Source of the DNA: Alphaproteobacteria bacterium | GTDB lineage: Bacteria > Pseudomonadota > Alphaproteobacteria > UBA828 | Reading direction: 5' to 3' | Assembly: GCA_965214705.1 (NCBI GenBank) | Contig: CBDCCI010000002.1 | Coordinates: 608,001-672,000 of the forward strand | DNA length: 64,000 nt | Part shown: piece by piece, positions 20,194 through 28,991 of the stretch | Numbering within the stretch: the stretch's first letter is position 1 | How the letters are laid out: each line of letters opens with the position of its first letter | The notes under the pieces: generated by a model | The model's database searches: none | What the model was told of the DNA's origin: nothing | The model's input: only the letters and a program-made list of their open reading frames with translations | Position numbers and translations under genes: made by a program

Positions 20194-21804
20194 ATGAGTT
20201 TAGAGCCACACGCCTACGCGCTCGCGGGCGTTTGGGATCTCGCGGAAGCGCTGTACGACGAGGCTGGTTGGAAACCTCAGTACAGCCCCGCTGACGCCGA
20301 TACCCTCATAGCATGGAAGCACCTGCCAGAGTCAAAGTGCGCGCCTCCGCAAATCGTAAGTGCCGGAAAACGTATCATGCTCGCCATGGCTGGAGAAGGC
20401 AGTGGTGCCTTGGAAGGCTTCCGGATCTACCAGGTACCGATATCCTCCCGACCCAAGCATGCAATGCGCATTGAAGACGACAGAGGTAACGCATTCGAGG
20501 GCATCGAATGGCATCGCGATGTGCTCGAAAAACCACGGGGGAGCAGGCGTGAAATCGAAGACACCGATCTGCGGTCAAACGAGCGATGGCTAACGGCAAT
20601 CTGGACCCTCTCTGGGCGGATCCACGCGGTCGAGAGATGGATGGAGAAGGCGGCGAATGGAGTCTGGGAATGGGTCGACGACGCGTTTCTGGATCCGTAC
20701 GGGCTGGGTTACGAGCCTACTATGGAGGTGCTGGTCGAGCACGCCCGAACGCTCCATCCGGTGCTGGCCGATCTTTCCGCAAGCCCGCGCAAGGTGCTGC
20801 GCAGGATCCACCGAACTGTCCCAGTCGGCGCTGCGACGGAGATGGATGATCGGACCCTCCGCTGGCTCGTGAAGCAGCCCGGACGCGATACCGCGGAGCG
20901 CGCCGGCACGCGGCAGACTGTATTCGCGCCAGTGCGCGAGGAAAGTCTCGATACCCTCGAGAACCGAACGCTGCGAGCGGTTGCGGAAATGAGCACGCGG
21001 CTGGTCGGAGAGTCCGTCGTAAGGGATCCGAAGAAGCGCGAATTGCTCGCAGCTTACCGTCGGCGATGCCGCACTTTGGACCGCGACTTGCGACTGCGCG
21101 GTGTGAGGACCGTTCAGCCGGGTGTATCACCCAACTACGTTCTGCAGCACGATGCACGGTACCAGACCGTATGGTCCGCTTGGCAGGCGCTGATCAGGCA
21201 CGACCGGGCAAGAGACTTAGTGTGGATCTGGCAGAGCCGCAGCTGGGAGGAATTTTGTCTCCTGTTTGCTCTGGTGGCGTGTCGGATGCAAACGCAACTC
21301 ATGACGCCCCTTGCGGAAATGCCACTCCAAGCGCGCAGCGAACAGCGCGAAGGAAAGTGGATCGCGTTACACGAGCCCGCAATGGTGTTTTTTCCAGTCA
21401 AGGATGAGCATAAGTGGACTATCGAGGTGCATCCGCCGATGATCGACAGCTATCAAGGCAGTCCGCCGGGAGCAGCCGCCTGCCTTCACCTTAACTCTTG
21501 GAACGGACAGACGTTGGGACGGATGCCAGTTTTCGCGCTGCACAGCTTTCGAAAGGCCACAAAGAGAGAAGATCTTGCTGGCCTCCAGCGGACGTGCGAA
21601 CTCATGCAGCGTAAGGAGAAATCGCTCGGCAAGGTGTATGGCGTTGCTCTGCGCTCGGTGTTTGATCGCAGCAGCTGTGAGACAGAGTCGACACTAGACG
21701 GACGGCTCATGCGCGCGGCCATTGAACCGGGCAGCGCGTTGACCGAGCCAATGGATCACTTTGGGCATCACATTGAGGCATGGCTTCGGGACGCAACAGC
21801 ATGA
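20194..21804 (+). CDS. DUF2357/McrC-like partner (CnuC-like)
   Basis: PRKVLRR..R.VP....EMD, ESLDTLENR, PNYVLQHDARY; directly follows the McrB-like gene. No clear PD-(D/E)XK catalytic motif seen. Confidence 0.75.
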   Translation: MSLEPHAYALAGVWDLAEALYDEAGWKPQYSPADADTLIAWKHLPESKCAPPQIVSAGKRIMLAMAGEGSGALEGFRIYQVPISSRPKHAMRIEDDRGNAFEGIEWHRDVLEKPRGSRREIEDTDLRSNERWLTAIWTLSGRIHAVERWMEKAANGVWEWVDDAFLDPYGLGYEPTMEVLVEHARTLHPVLADLSASPRKVLRRIHRTVPVGAATEMDDRTLRWLVKQPGRDTAERAGTRQTVFAPVREESLDTLENRTLRAVAEMSTRLVGESVVRDPKKRELLAAYRRRCRTLDRDLRLRGVRTVQPGVSPNYVLQHDARYQTVWSAWQALIRHDRARDLVWIWQSRSWEEFCLLFALVACRMQTQLMTPLAEMPLQARSEQREGKWIALHEPAMVFFPVKDEHKWTIEVHPPMIDSYQGSPPGAAACLHLNSWNGQTLGRMPVFALHSFRKATKREDLAGLQRTCELMQRKEKSLGKVYGVALRSVFDRSSCETESTLDGRLMRAAIEPGSALTEPMDHFGHHIEAWLRDATA

Positions 21805-24584
21805 AGAAGGAGCGTCGGACGAAGACGCTGACGGGCCTCGATCTGAACGGGCTTCTAGATTATTGCGCACGAGAGCCTGGGCGTGCGCCAGAAGAGTCCG
21901 GAGAGGTACACTGCAACCGGTTCGGATGGCGTTCCGTCGCTGCGCGAATCGATGACAGAGAACATCTCGGTGATGTCATTGCAGGGCCGCAGGCCGAGCG
22001 CTCACCTTACGGTCGCGGAGCCGGATACGGCGAGCATGTGGGCGATCCCCGTCGTCGACTCGAGTTTTGCGAAATCTGGGAAAAAATTGAAGATGGCCTA
22101 TGGGAAGAACGGGAAGGCGGCAACGAGGCCGGTCCAGATGGAGAAGAAATTGCGCAATCGGTTGCACCGCACGTCAAGGATGAGCGTCGCCCGGTTCCAG
22201 GATCAGAGCGCAACACCACCCTGCTCCAAGCCGTAAACAAGATTGGGAATCGTAATCAAGGACGGCACAAACCAGAGCCAGAGACCGACGCGACAGTCGG
22301 AAACCCAAGGGCAGTTCGCCGACCTACTCTTGGCGAAGCGCTACGGGCTGGGATAATAGGCACAGCACCCAGTGCACAGCGTGCGGTGCTGGTTATATCG
22401 GACGTCCCGGGGATGGATGAAGCCGCGCAGGCGCGAATCCTTGATGAGCTCGCTCGGACAAGGTTGGGAGGATGCACCATTGACCTTCTCTGGCGGCCGG
22501 TAGCTGTCGTTCTCGGAATTCTGAACGAGGGAAGAAAACACCACGAAAACAACCCTGAGAGTCGAGCAAGGAAAGTACTACAACAAGCGTGGGAAAACTC
22601 TGCGAGACCGATTTCCCTCGTAGTATTAATCGCTGGTACGAAAGGGCTTGAGACCCAACAGCTCTTGCTCCGCCCATGGAAGGGAAGATTACTTCCAGAA
22701 CGAAAAGAGTATGGGCAGCGGATGGAATGGAAGGGGGATTGGACCGCTAGAATTCTCGAGATCCGACGACAGATCCAGGAAGACAGCGGACACGAGGCAG
22801 TGGAATTGCTCAATCGGCAGACGAGATTAGTCGAATGCATTGCTGCCGGAGAAAGTACCCTAATGCACTTGGACTCTCAAAATGCCATACGAGACGACAC
22901 GGGAACCTGGAAGAAGATCGCGATAAAGCAACCATCGCCGTTTCGCGAGATACTGCTGCCGAAGAAGGCGGTGCAAGCGACAAGAGACGCCAGATATGTG
23001 CTGCTTTACTCACCAGCGGGCTGCACAATGACCCGAGCGCTGGAGTTGGCCCTAGAAAAACAAGGCGTCGCCGTGGAGAGTACCTTGAAGCTCAGTGCCG
23101 ACAGCGCTGCTTGGGGAGCACTTGAGGCTGCACGGCGCTTAGAACAAGGCGAGGCACCCTATCTGGATCACCTGCCGCAGCTCGACCTATGGGCGACACA
23201 GACTGACGGTACTCAAGACTGGTCTACGCTAATTCCTGCGGGGGAGATGATCGAAGCGGGAAAGACTTACCGGACGCAAGAACCGATTCCATTTGAGATG
23301 CCGGCAAGAATGCGACGCCTTGACTTTAGGCTGAAGAAAGGAGAGGAGACACGGGAGAAAATCCAACCGTTGGAGGAGCCTCCGTCTACGAAGCACGAGG
23401 TGCAGGTTTATGCCGAACAACGACCGGTCTCCGGATACGCAACGTGCACGGTTGCCTCGAAGAGCTACGAACCGTTACGACGGTCACCGCTCCGTTTCAG
23501 ATGGAGTGATCTCTGCCGTGACGCCGATCAGCGCCGCGGAATAAATCTGGATAGACTTGCACCAGATCTTGTGGAATACGAAACAGATCCCCGCTTTTGG
23601 CTCGGCCCGAATAGTACCGAGCCCACCCTGGACGCGTTTCTCACCGCACACACCAAGGACGACACCGCACCGCGACACGCTCGAGACAGACTGTACCGCA
23701 AGCTAACGAGAACTTCTCCGCCGGGGTCAGGAATCCCAACTGGGCGCAGGCATGTAGTAAGCTCTTCAGGCAGACTACCGGATGCGGCTCAGATCGGCGA
23801 AGAAAACTTGACGAGAATAGAACACAAGCTGGATAGAGTGCTCCATGTGCTGGCCACTGATTTGGACGCGTATATCCAGCGACCCACTAGCGAAAAACCA
23901 GGGGTAACAAACCGGCGACACCTACCTGCGACGTGGTGTTTCGTGAGGTGTCCAGTCTCGATCCAGGACCATATTATCGAGCAGGTCGGTAAGAGCGCGA
24001 TTGATTTCCCCATTAACCTGGCCGACCCTCTCCGAGTCACGAATGAATGGGCCGCAGTTGCGTGTTACCACGGGCTCGGACGTACTGTCTCAGACTCCCG
24101 CCGGATTAGGAAAGTATTCCAACTTATCCTCGACCATGGAGAGCCAGGAAGAAGAGGCGAACGACTGGCATGTCTCTCGCACATTATCAGTCGAAGAGAA
24201 ACCGCGGCGAAAATCATCTTGGAGAACCAAGATTGCTTGGTGCATGCAGTAACGCTTGGCATACGTGCTTTGGAACAACTCATAGTCGGAGAGTGGGACA
24301 TTGTATGGAAGGCCAAGAAGGAAATGAACAATCGCTCCCTTTTTCGTTACGCGATGCTGCTCCTCGGGGGTCTTTGCAGAGTTCGACTTCTAGACTCCGA
24401 GGCACTACCACCGAACGGATCGCTGGCCCGCGATGCGGTGCATGCACTTAAGGACGCCTCACAGTTGGATTGGGTGCAGGCCCGAAAGGACACAGCTACG
24501 GCGGCTAGGAAGATTATTGATTACCTAGAAGGACATGGATCAGATTCGACAGTGCTCAGAGTAATCGACTCCGAGAAAGGATAA
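21801..24584 (+). CDS. large protein with divergent Hsp70/actin-like ATPase N-terminal region
   Basis: LTGLDLNG resembles the phosphate-1 GIDLG motif; VLVISD, LLWRPVAVVLG and AAWGALEAA lie where Hsp70 connect motifs occur; ATGA overlap with the upstream gene. Confidence 0.6.
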   Translation: MKKERRTKTLTGLDLNGLLDYCAREPGRAPEESGEVHCNRFGWRSVAARIDDREHLGDVIAGPQAERSPYGRGAGYGEHVGDPRRRLEFCEIWEKIEDGLWEEREGGNEAGPDGEEIAQSVAPHVKDERRPVPGSERNTTLLQAVNKIGNRNQGRHKPEPETDATVGNPRAVRRPTLGEALRAGIIGTAPSAQRAVLVISDVPGMDEAAQARILDELARTRLGGCTIDLLWRPVAVVLGILNEGRKHHENNPESRARKVLQQAWENSARPISLVVLIAGTKGLETQQLLLRPWKGRLLPERKEYGQRMEWKGDWTARILEIRRQIQEDSGHEAVELLNRQTRLVECIAAGESTLMHLDSQNAIRDDTGTWKKIAIKQPSPFREILLPKKAVQATRDARYVLLYSPAGCTMTRALELALEKQGVAVESTLKLSADSAAWGALEAARRLEQGEAPYLDHLPQLDLWATQTDGTQDWSTLIPAGEMIEAGKTYRTQEPIPFEMPARMRRLDFRLKKGEETREKIQPLEEPPSTKHEVQVYAEQRPVSGYATCTVASKSYEPLRRSPLRFRWSDLCRDADQRRGINLDRLAPDLVEYETDPRFWLGPNSTEPTLDAFLTAHTKDDTAPRHARDRLYRKLTRTSPPGSGIPTGRRHVVSSSGRLPDAAQIGEENLTRIEHKLDRVLHVLATDLDAYIQRPTSEKPGVTNRRHLPATWCFVRCPVSIQDHIIEQVGKSAIDFPINLADPLRVTNEWAAVACYHGLGRTVSDSRRIRKVFQLILDHGEPGRRGERLACLSHIISRRETAAKIILENQDCLVHAVTLGIRALEQLIVGEWDIVWKAKKEMNNRSLFRYAMLLLGGLCRVRLLDSEALPPNGSLARDAVHALKDASQLDWVQARKDTATAARKIIDYLEGHGSDSTVLRVIDSEKG

Positions 24585-24779
24585 GTCCAGATCGTTTCGT
24601 GACATCTCTCTGGTGTCCCGTCCGCAAAGTTCACATTGTTCAATCAGCATCGTCGATTCGGGGGTATAGTGATGCAACCATTGTTTGAGAGCAAACAAAG
24701 TAGGGATGATTGGAGCGAGCTTAGGCATCTCGCGCGGGGGCGCAAGGTCTCTCATGGTGAAGCTTGATCTGAGCCTGCC

Positions 24780-25390
24780 GCTGTGGCGGCGGTCGTTCGC
24801 ATGCAGGACCTGTGTCGCTGGTGTAGCGCTTCCTGGCGGCGGTCAAGCGGGCGCTGGACCGGCCTTGCAGAAATCGTTCAGGCGGACGAGACCTTCTCGT
24901 TTTGGAGAACTGGACGGAGGAGCGGAAGCTCGCCCGCAAGCCGCGACGGCGCGGTGGCAAAGCCAAGAAGCGCGGCCTCTCGCGAGCAGGTGCCGATTCT
25001 GGTCGCCACCGACCGTGGCGGGAGACCCCGAGCCACACCCTGTCCGCGCTGAACGCAGAGAACGAGAAGGCGGTGCTGGAAACGGTCATCGCCTGCGATG
25101 CCTTGCTCGTATCCCACGCGGACCGCTGCTATCCGCCCGTCGCGGCGGCGCTTGACCTCCGTATCAACGCGTCTGGTGGCGAGCGGGTCCGGTGCGCTAC
25201 GCACATCCAGACGGTCAACAGCCGCCAGAGTAAGATCAAGGGCATTGTGCGCAGGCGGCGTAGCATCGCCACCAAGTACCGCGACAGCAATCTGAGGTGG
25301 CTCCATCTGATCGCACTCGGCGAACGGCTATCGCCGAGTGCGTGTCTCAAGGCGGAGATGGCGAAGCCATGCCTACGTTCTGCCATTTGA
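24780..25390 (+). pseudogene. IS1595-family (ISXO2-like) transposase, frameshifted and truncated
   Basis: EIVQADETF, RKPRRRGGKAKKRGLSREQVPILVATDR, HIQTVNSRQSKIK...IATKY across frames. Confidence 0.8.
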
Positions 25391-25559
25391 ACCAAACCAA
25401 ATCCTAGAGTGGCTCGGTTCGCTGCCGCGGGTAACCGTTCCGAGAGGCCGTGCCGATCCGGACAACTAGGGGTGGCGGACGGCCGAATGGCGCAGATATC
25501 CGTCATTTCAGACGCCAAGCGCAGCGGCGGGCCGCTCGGCTCCACGGCCTCTCGGAACG

Positions 25560-25827
25560 TGTGTGGACGCCCCGTTTGACGCAAGCATTTTCTTCGGTCG
25601 GCTCAGCGCATGCGGTCAGGTGCTGTCGTGTGTCCGGCCTCTCAATGCGGCACGTCACACGCCGCGGGCCCTCATGGAGATGCGCGGATCGGGTCCATAT
25701 CGCTTACGCGAGCTCGAAGGCTCTGCATCCGAAAGCTGGTTTTCCCGACCCCGTCTCGATTGACCGTTTGCCCTTGCCTTTCCTCAGACCTGCCCGCGTC
25801 CCCGACAACTACCCGCTTTGACGCCTC
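25560..25827 (-). ncRNA. candidate bridge/seekRNA region of the IS1111 element
   Basis: 3' non-coding end contains UCGGA and CGUAAGCG (target) then CUCCAU and ACACACG (donor), separated by hairpin-capable segments. Confidence 0.7.
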
Positions 25828-26850
25828 TCAGGCGGCTGCGGGAGCCCGATAACGCTCCTTCTTCGTCATCAGCGCCCACACGATGCGCGCCATCCGGTTG
25901 GCCAGCGCCACGGCGACCAGCATGCGCGGCTTGCGCATCAGCATCCTGGCGAGCCACGGGTCGCTCGTCCGGCCCCGCCGAACAGCCCAGCGGACGACCG
26001 CCATTGCGCCCGTGATCAGCAGTCGCCTGAGATCGCGCTGGCCCATCTTCGATATCTTGCCTAGCCGCGGCTTGCCGCCGGTCGAGTGCTGGCGCGGCAC
26101 CAGGCCGAGCCAGGCGGCGAAGTCCCGGCCGCGCCGGAAGCCCTCCATCGGCGGCGCGAAAGCCTGGATCGCCATCGCCGTGATCGGGCCGATCCCCGGC
26201 ACGCTCATCAGGCGCTGCGCTTCCGCATCCTGCCGCGCGCTCGCATGGATGTCCTTCTCCAGGCCGTCGATCTTCTCGGTGAGGCCGGCGACCTGTTCGA
26301 ACAGGAGGCTGCCCAACTCGCGGACCGCATCCGGCAGGCCCGAGTCCGGATCCTCGAGCGCCGACGCCAAGCGGGCGACATGAGCGGGGCCCTGGGCCGC
26401 AACAACGCCGAACTCCGCCAGATGGCCGCGTAGCGCGTTGATGGTCTGGGTGCGCTGGCGCACCAGCAGATCGCGGGTCCGGAACAGCATCACCCGACCC
26501 TGCTGTTCCGCCGTCTTGACCGCCACGAAACTCATCGTCGGACGCGACGACGCCTCGCAGATCGCCTCTGCATCCGCGGCGTCGTTCTTCCCACGCTTGA
26601 CGTAAGGCTTGACATATTGGGGTGGGATCAACCTCACCGTGTGACCCAGATCGCCGATCTCCCGGCCCCAGTAATGAGCGCCGGCGCAGGCCTCCATCGC
26701 CACCTGGCAACTCGGCTGGGAAGCCAGAAACTCCAGCACTTTCCCTCGGCTCAGCTTCTTGCGGAATACGACCGACCCGTCGCTGCCCGCGCCGTGCAGT
26801 TGAAAGCTGTTCTTCGCAAGATCGATCCCGATCATGGTAGCTTGGTCCAT
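25828..26850 (-). CDS. IS110/IS1111 DEDD recombinase/transposase
   Basis: IGIDLAK, MEAC, KNDAADAEAI, GLVPRQHSTGG, VALANRMARI. Confidence 0.95.
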   Translation of the reverse strand: MDQATMIGIDLAKNSFQLHGAGSDGSVVFRKKLSRGKVLEFLASQPSCQVAMEACAGAHYWGREIGDLGHTVRLIPPQYVKPYVKRGKNDAADAEAICEASSRPTMSFVAVKTAEQQGRVMLFRTRDLLVRQRTQTINALRGHLAEFGVVAAQGPAHVARLASALEDPDSGLPDAVRELGSLLFEQVAGLTEKIDGLEKDIHASARQDAEAQRLMSVPGIGPITAMAIQAFAPPMEGFRRGRDFAAWLGLVPRQHSTGGKPRLGKISKMGQRDLRRLLITGAMAVVRWAVRRGRTSDPWLARMLMRKPRMLVAVALANRMARIVWALMTKKERYRAPAAA

Positions 26851-27067
26851 GGACGCCCCTTTCCTCTCTTGGCGTTAACACCACCGCCAACATGGCACAT
26901 CGCGATGCCGCCGGGAGGGGCGTCCACTCCATCGCTTACGGCTATCAAAGCCGAAGAGACGGCCATGGTCATGCGAACCGCAATGAGGGAAGAAACGTGG
27001 GATGCACGCTACCAAGACAATTAAATATCACGTAAATTCAAACCGCTAAAGAGAGTTCGTGGCGGAG

Positions 27068-27103
27068 CGAGCGCCCGGCGATTGAGGGAAATGAAAGAGT
27101 CAG
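27068..27103 (+). repeat. 36-bp direct repeat, copy 1 (degenerate extra copy at ~27104-27127)
   Basis: cgagcgcccggcgattgagggaaatgaaagagtcag, two mismatches to 28012-28047. Confidence 0.85.
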
Positions 27104-27197
27104 CGCCCGCCGTTGAGGGAAACGAAAATGCTCGCGACCGGTTGCCGGCTGTTCAGACTAGTCGTATAGTCTGGTATAAGCGAATGTGGAGGCGGCG

Positions 27198-27440
27198 ATG
27201 GACCGGATCGGTGCCTACGAGGCCAAGACGCACCTGCCTCGGTTGCTCGACCGCGTCGCGCGGGGCGAGAGCCTGACCATCACGCGCCACGGCAAGCCCG
27301 TCGCGCGGCTGGTACCCGTGGCGGGCGACCGCGAGCGGGCAAGGGAAGCCGCCGCCCGCATCGTCGAACGCCGCCGTCACCTCAAGCGGGTGCCCCTGGC
27401 GGACCTGCTGGCGACGATCCACGAGGGACACCGATATTGA
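27198..27440 (+). CDS. Phd/YefM-family antitoxin
   Basis: IGAYEAKTHLPRLLDRVARGESLTITRHGKPVARLVP; GGAGG RBS. Confidence 0.92.
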   Translation: MDRIGAYEAKTHLPRLLDRVARGESLTITRHGKPVARLVPVAGDRERAREAAARIVERRRHLKRVPLADLLATIHEGHRY

Positions 27441-27862
27441 CGGCCATCGTCATCGACAACTCGGTATTCCTGTCCTGGTGCCTGGGAGACGAGGACGATC
27501 CCAGAGCAGCCCACGCCATGCGGCGGGTCGCGGAGGAAGGCGGCGTCGTTCCCCGCATCTGGTGGTACGAGTTGCGCAACGCGCTGCTGATGAACGAGCG
27601 CCGGGGCCGCATCAGCCCGCAGCAGGTCTCGGATACCCTCGACGACAGTCTGGCGCTGGGTATTGCCATCGACGACGAGCACGATGCGTCGCTGCTTCTC
27701 GCGCTGGCGCGCCGGCAGGAGTTCTCCGTCTACGACGCCGCCTATCTGGAGGTCGCCTTCCGCCGCAGCCTTCCGCTGGCAACGCTCGACCGGCGTCTCC
27801 ACGAGGCAGCCGAGGCGATCGGGGTAGCCACGAACGGCCCCCAACAACCGTCCCCTGCCTGA
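27437..27862 (+). CDS. VapC PIN-domain toxin
   Basis: IVIDNSV, WYELRNAL, SVYDAAYL, LATLDRRL; overlaps the antitoxin stop. Confidence 0.92.
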   Translation: MTAIVIDNSVFLSWCLGDEDDPRAAHAMRRVAEEGGVVPRIWWYELRNALLMNERRGRISPQQVSDTLDDSLALGIAIDDEHDASLLLALARRQEFSVYDAAYLEVAFRRSLPLATLDRRLHEAAEAIGVATNGPQQPSPA

Positions 27863-28011
27863 TGTGGCCTGAGACGGCAATGACCTGACAGTTCGGTTCG
27901 CTGCCCGGCGACAGACCAGGTGTCCGCCATGTAGGGAGCCGGGCTGCGAAGCAGTCCGGACGGCGCGAACGCGCCGCGCGCGTCGCGCGGAACGCGCGCG
28001 GAATCAGGTAT

Positions 28012-28047
28012 CGAGCGCCGGGCGATTGAGGGAAATAAAAGAGTCAG
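28012..28047 (+). repeat. 36-bp direct repeat, copy 2
   Basis: cgagcgccgggcgattgagggaaataaaagagtcag. Confidence 0.85.
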
Positions 28048-28169
28048 TTCCCCGCGGCGCCTCACTCAAACTTCTAACCCTGGTAGCGAAAAACGGCCTC
28101 GGCGCGGTTGTCGATAGCACTAAAAGTGCTAATTTGTCGACGCTTAACGTACTCCTTGCTAAATTGTCA

Positions 28170-28991
28170 TTAAGACTCTTGGTAGACTTGCTCGTCCAAC
28201 TGTCTACCGACTTCATTTACCAGTACTGAACACAATGGTGGAAGCAACTTCGTAAATTTTAGTACTGTCTTGTCGTCGAGCTCTCCCTCCCAATTTCCGG
28301 TATGAGACACTATATTACGTCCTTTTACCAAAAACTCCATTGACTCCCGCACTGCTTTCGCACAGGCTCTTGTTCTTTGTTCTCCCATCAGTTCCCTTAT
28401 CGAGCCTTCAGCTCCGAATCTATCCCAATCCACCGCCACTCCCATTCGTCCCAGAAACCTTCCCATGTTCTCCGGACTCATAATACCGTGAGAAAATGAA
28501 AAACAGGTCGCATTCAAAGCGAAATCGGCTCCCCCTTCGTGACAGGACCCGAGAGTCCGCGCCAAGTCGATATAGTCATACTCCCTATACGTTGTTCCAC
28601 CTTTAACACTTTGCAGAACTTGGCCGGTTCTAAAAACATTTTCGTGACGTATCTTTTCAGACACGTCCTCAATCTCATCACACTGCTGACTCACCGCGAA
28701 GACTGCCTTTTCAACAAGTTCTCTCACGAAATGTTCAAACGACCCATAACATACTACCAACAACGATCTTAATGTCGTTGGCAAACTTGCGTCTCTCAGT
28801 TGCATAAACTCGGTTGCTAGCTCGCGCTCATAGTCCTGCATACTATCCCAATTCAACATCCCACCCAGACGTGGTCGTAATGTAATCGAAGCAGACATTA
28901 AGGCTATAGTTGCCTCGACTTCAGAAAGCTTAGCGATCAATTCTCTTTCAGCGCTGATTATTTCTGCGTCTAAAGTACTAGATATAGGCAT
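28170..28991 (-). CDS. HEPN-domain protein (MAE_28990-like)
   Basis: LVVCYGSFEHFV and RNIVSH (RxxxxH); overlaps the DUF262 gene; AT-richer than flanks. Confidence 0.75.
   Translation of the reverse strand: MPISSTLDAEIISAERELIAKLSEVEATIALMSASITLRPRLGGMLNWDSMQDYERELATEFMQLRDASLPTTLRSLLVVCYGSFEHFVRELVEKAVFAVSQQCDEIEDVSEKIRHENVFRTGQVLQSVKGGTTYREYDYIDLARTLGSCHEGGADFALNATCFSFSHGIMSPENMGRFLGRMGVAVDWDRFGAEGSIRELMGEQRTRACAKAVRESMEFLVKGRNIVSHTGNWEGELDDKTVLKFTKLLPPLCSVLVNEVGRQLDEQVYQES

Larger units (their letters stand above)
25560..26932 (-). mobile_element. IS110-family, IS1111-group element
   Basis: Subterminal IR gtggacgcccc (25563-25573) / ggggcgtccac (26917-26927), third copy near 26851; CG on both sides (25558-25559, 26933-26934). 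Confidence 0.9.
25431..26939. repeat. ~134-bp MITE-like element whose right IR is interrupted by the IS1111 element
   Basis: Perfect 17-bp IR at 25436-25452 / 25543-25559, extending to 22 bp with one mismatch once 25560-26934 is removed. Confidence 0.65.

Noticed and set aside
8686-25390. IS1595 remnants as the two ends of one element carrying the defence operon
   Set aside because: They are dissimilar and degraded, with no matching IRs or target duplication found.
27068-28047. CRISPR array from the 36-bp repeats
   Set aside because: Only two good copies ~945 bp apart, no regular spacers and no cas genes; no CRISPR array seen anywhere in the window.
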